Made by a program: the position numbers and the translations under genes | Notes under the pieces: generated by a model | The model's database searches: none | Seen by the model: the letters and a program-made list of their open reading frames with translations, nothing else | What the model was told of the DNA's origin: nothing | Part shown: positions 63,191 through 64,000 of the stretch, piece by piece | How positions within the stretch are numbered: position 1 is the first letter of the stretch | How the letters are laid out: the number at the start of each line of letters is the position of its first letter | Source of the DNA: Lama glama | Taxonomy: Eukaryota | DNA length: 64,000 nt | Direction of reading: 5' to 3' | Assembly (NCBI GenBank): GCA_028534125.1 | Contig: CM052817.1 | Span: 47,618,001-47,682,000, forward strand

Positions 63191-63954
63191 TCACCTGGCT
63201 GCTACGGTAGGTAACAAAACCATGAACATAGAGACAATACAGTGAAATAGCCGAGAAAACCCAAGTTGTCCAGTGATAACCTCCTATCTTTCCTGACTAG
63301 TTAGTAGGGATGCCACCAGATGAGGTCAAGGAATGTCATCTTTGCTCTGTTCAAAGTTTCCTGATCCATTTTCCTGTGTTCCATGTCGTCTTTACTGGGC
63401 ATGGATGCATCCTTAGATTCGGGTATTTATATTAACTACAGTGTGTTCTCAATCTCTTTGACTTACTTAAAACCCACACACTAACATAAAGCCTTTATTA
63501 ATTGAATTAGTAAAGTGAAGTTAAAGTTGCAACCACTTCAGACTTAGGGAGAGAGTCACATTGTTGCCAAAAGCCTTCAGGTTAATCCTTAGACCCCAGC
63601 CTAGTCAGTAATTTTTGCTCTATATCTTGAAGCCTTTAATCTCTATAAATTACATACTACTAGTTTGCAAACAAAAATTCAAAAGATATAAAGAATGAAT
63701 GGAGAAACTGTCTAATAAAGCAGTATATTTTAAACAGTGAAATATTAGTTTAACAGGCATATGAGAAAACTTAAGATAGTTAATTGCAGTATCTGTATCA
63801 ATAAGAACAACCAGAACACTTGGTTATTTTGTTGTTGCTGCCACCACTGTTTTTGTTTTTGTTTTTTTTTCTCAAACCATTACCTAATCCTTTTTAGTCT
63901 ATACTCCTCTGGACTTGAGGTACAGTGGACTCATTATGGGCTTTCTTTGATTAC

Positions 63955-64000
63955 CTAGGATGCCAAGGAGTTTCAGGGCTGTGATTATGAAGATCATTTT
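63955..64000 (-). pseudogene. Putative first coding exon (signal-peptide-like) of the relic gene, cut by window edge
   Basis: aaaATG at 63997 reads MIFIITALKLLGIL, then ctag|gtaatc donor (phase 1); joins exon 2 as ...LLGILALPQC. Confidence 0.35.

Noticed and set aside
1..64000. CRISPR arrays, operons, rRNA or tRNA genes
   Set aside because: Mammalian DNA with no repeat-spacer arrays; the only tRNA-like sequence is the SINE head at ~18.0 kb.

Overview
AT-rich, repeat-dense mammalian genomic DNA. It is most likely camelid, judging from a tRNA-derived SINE of the camelid Vic-1 type at ~17.9 kb and camelid-type L1 3' ends. No intact protein-coding gene is visible, and nearly all listed ORFs are repeat-derived or spurious. 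Roughly half the window is L1, L2, MIR, MaLR/ERVL/ERV1 LTRs and hAT MITEs. The main non-repeat signal is a set of heavily decayed, splice-site-bounded coding relics on the minus strand. These are a possible signal-peptide exon (63955-64000), a small exon (60622-60694), a JmjC/cupin-8 dioxygenase-like exon (59316-60163), a 40-nt exon (31484-31523) that completes the JmjC fold, and SLC35F-like (DMT/EamA) transporter exons (27544-28291, 27449-27484, 19846-19949). Splice phases are largely compatible with ONE dead gene encoding a signal peptide + JmjC oxygenase + SLC35F-like transporter fusion, which I do not recognise as a described mammalian gene. A CpG-rich promoter-like region with a CTCF motif and a minus-strand splice donor (~46.7-47.6 kb) lies inside its largest putative intron. 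Also visible are an L1 3' transduction, a twin-primed inverted L1 and a decayed ERVL provirus. All protein alignments are by eye against family sequences recalled from memory and need database confirmation. Repeat boundaries are approximate unless a TSD is quoted.
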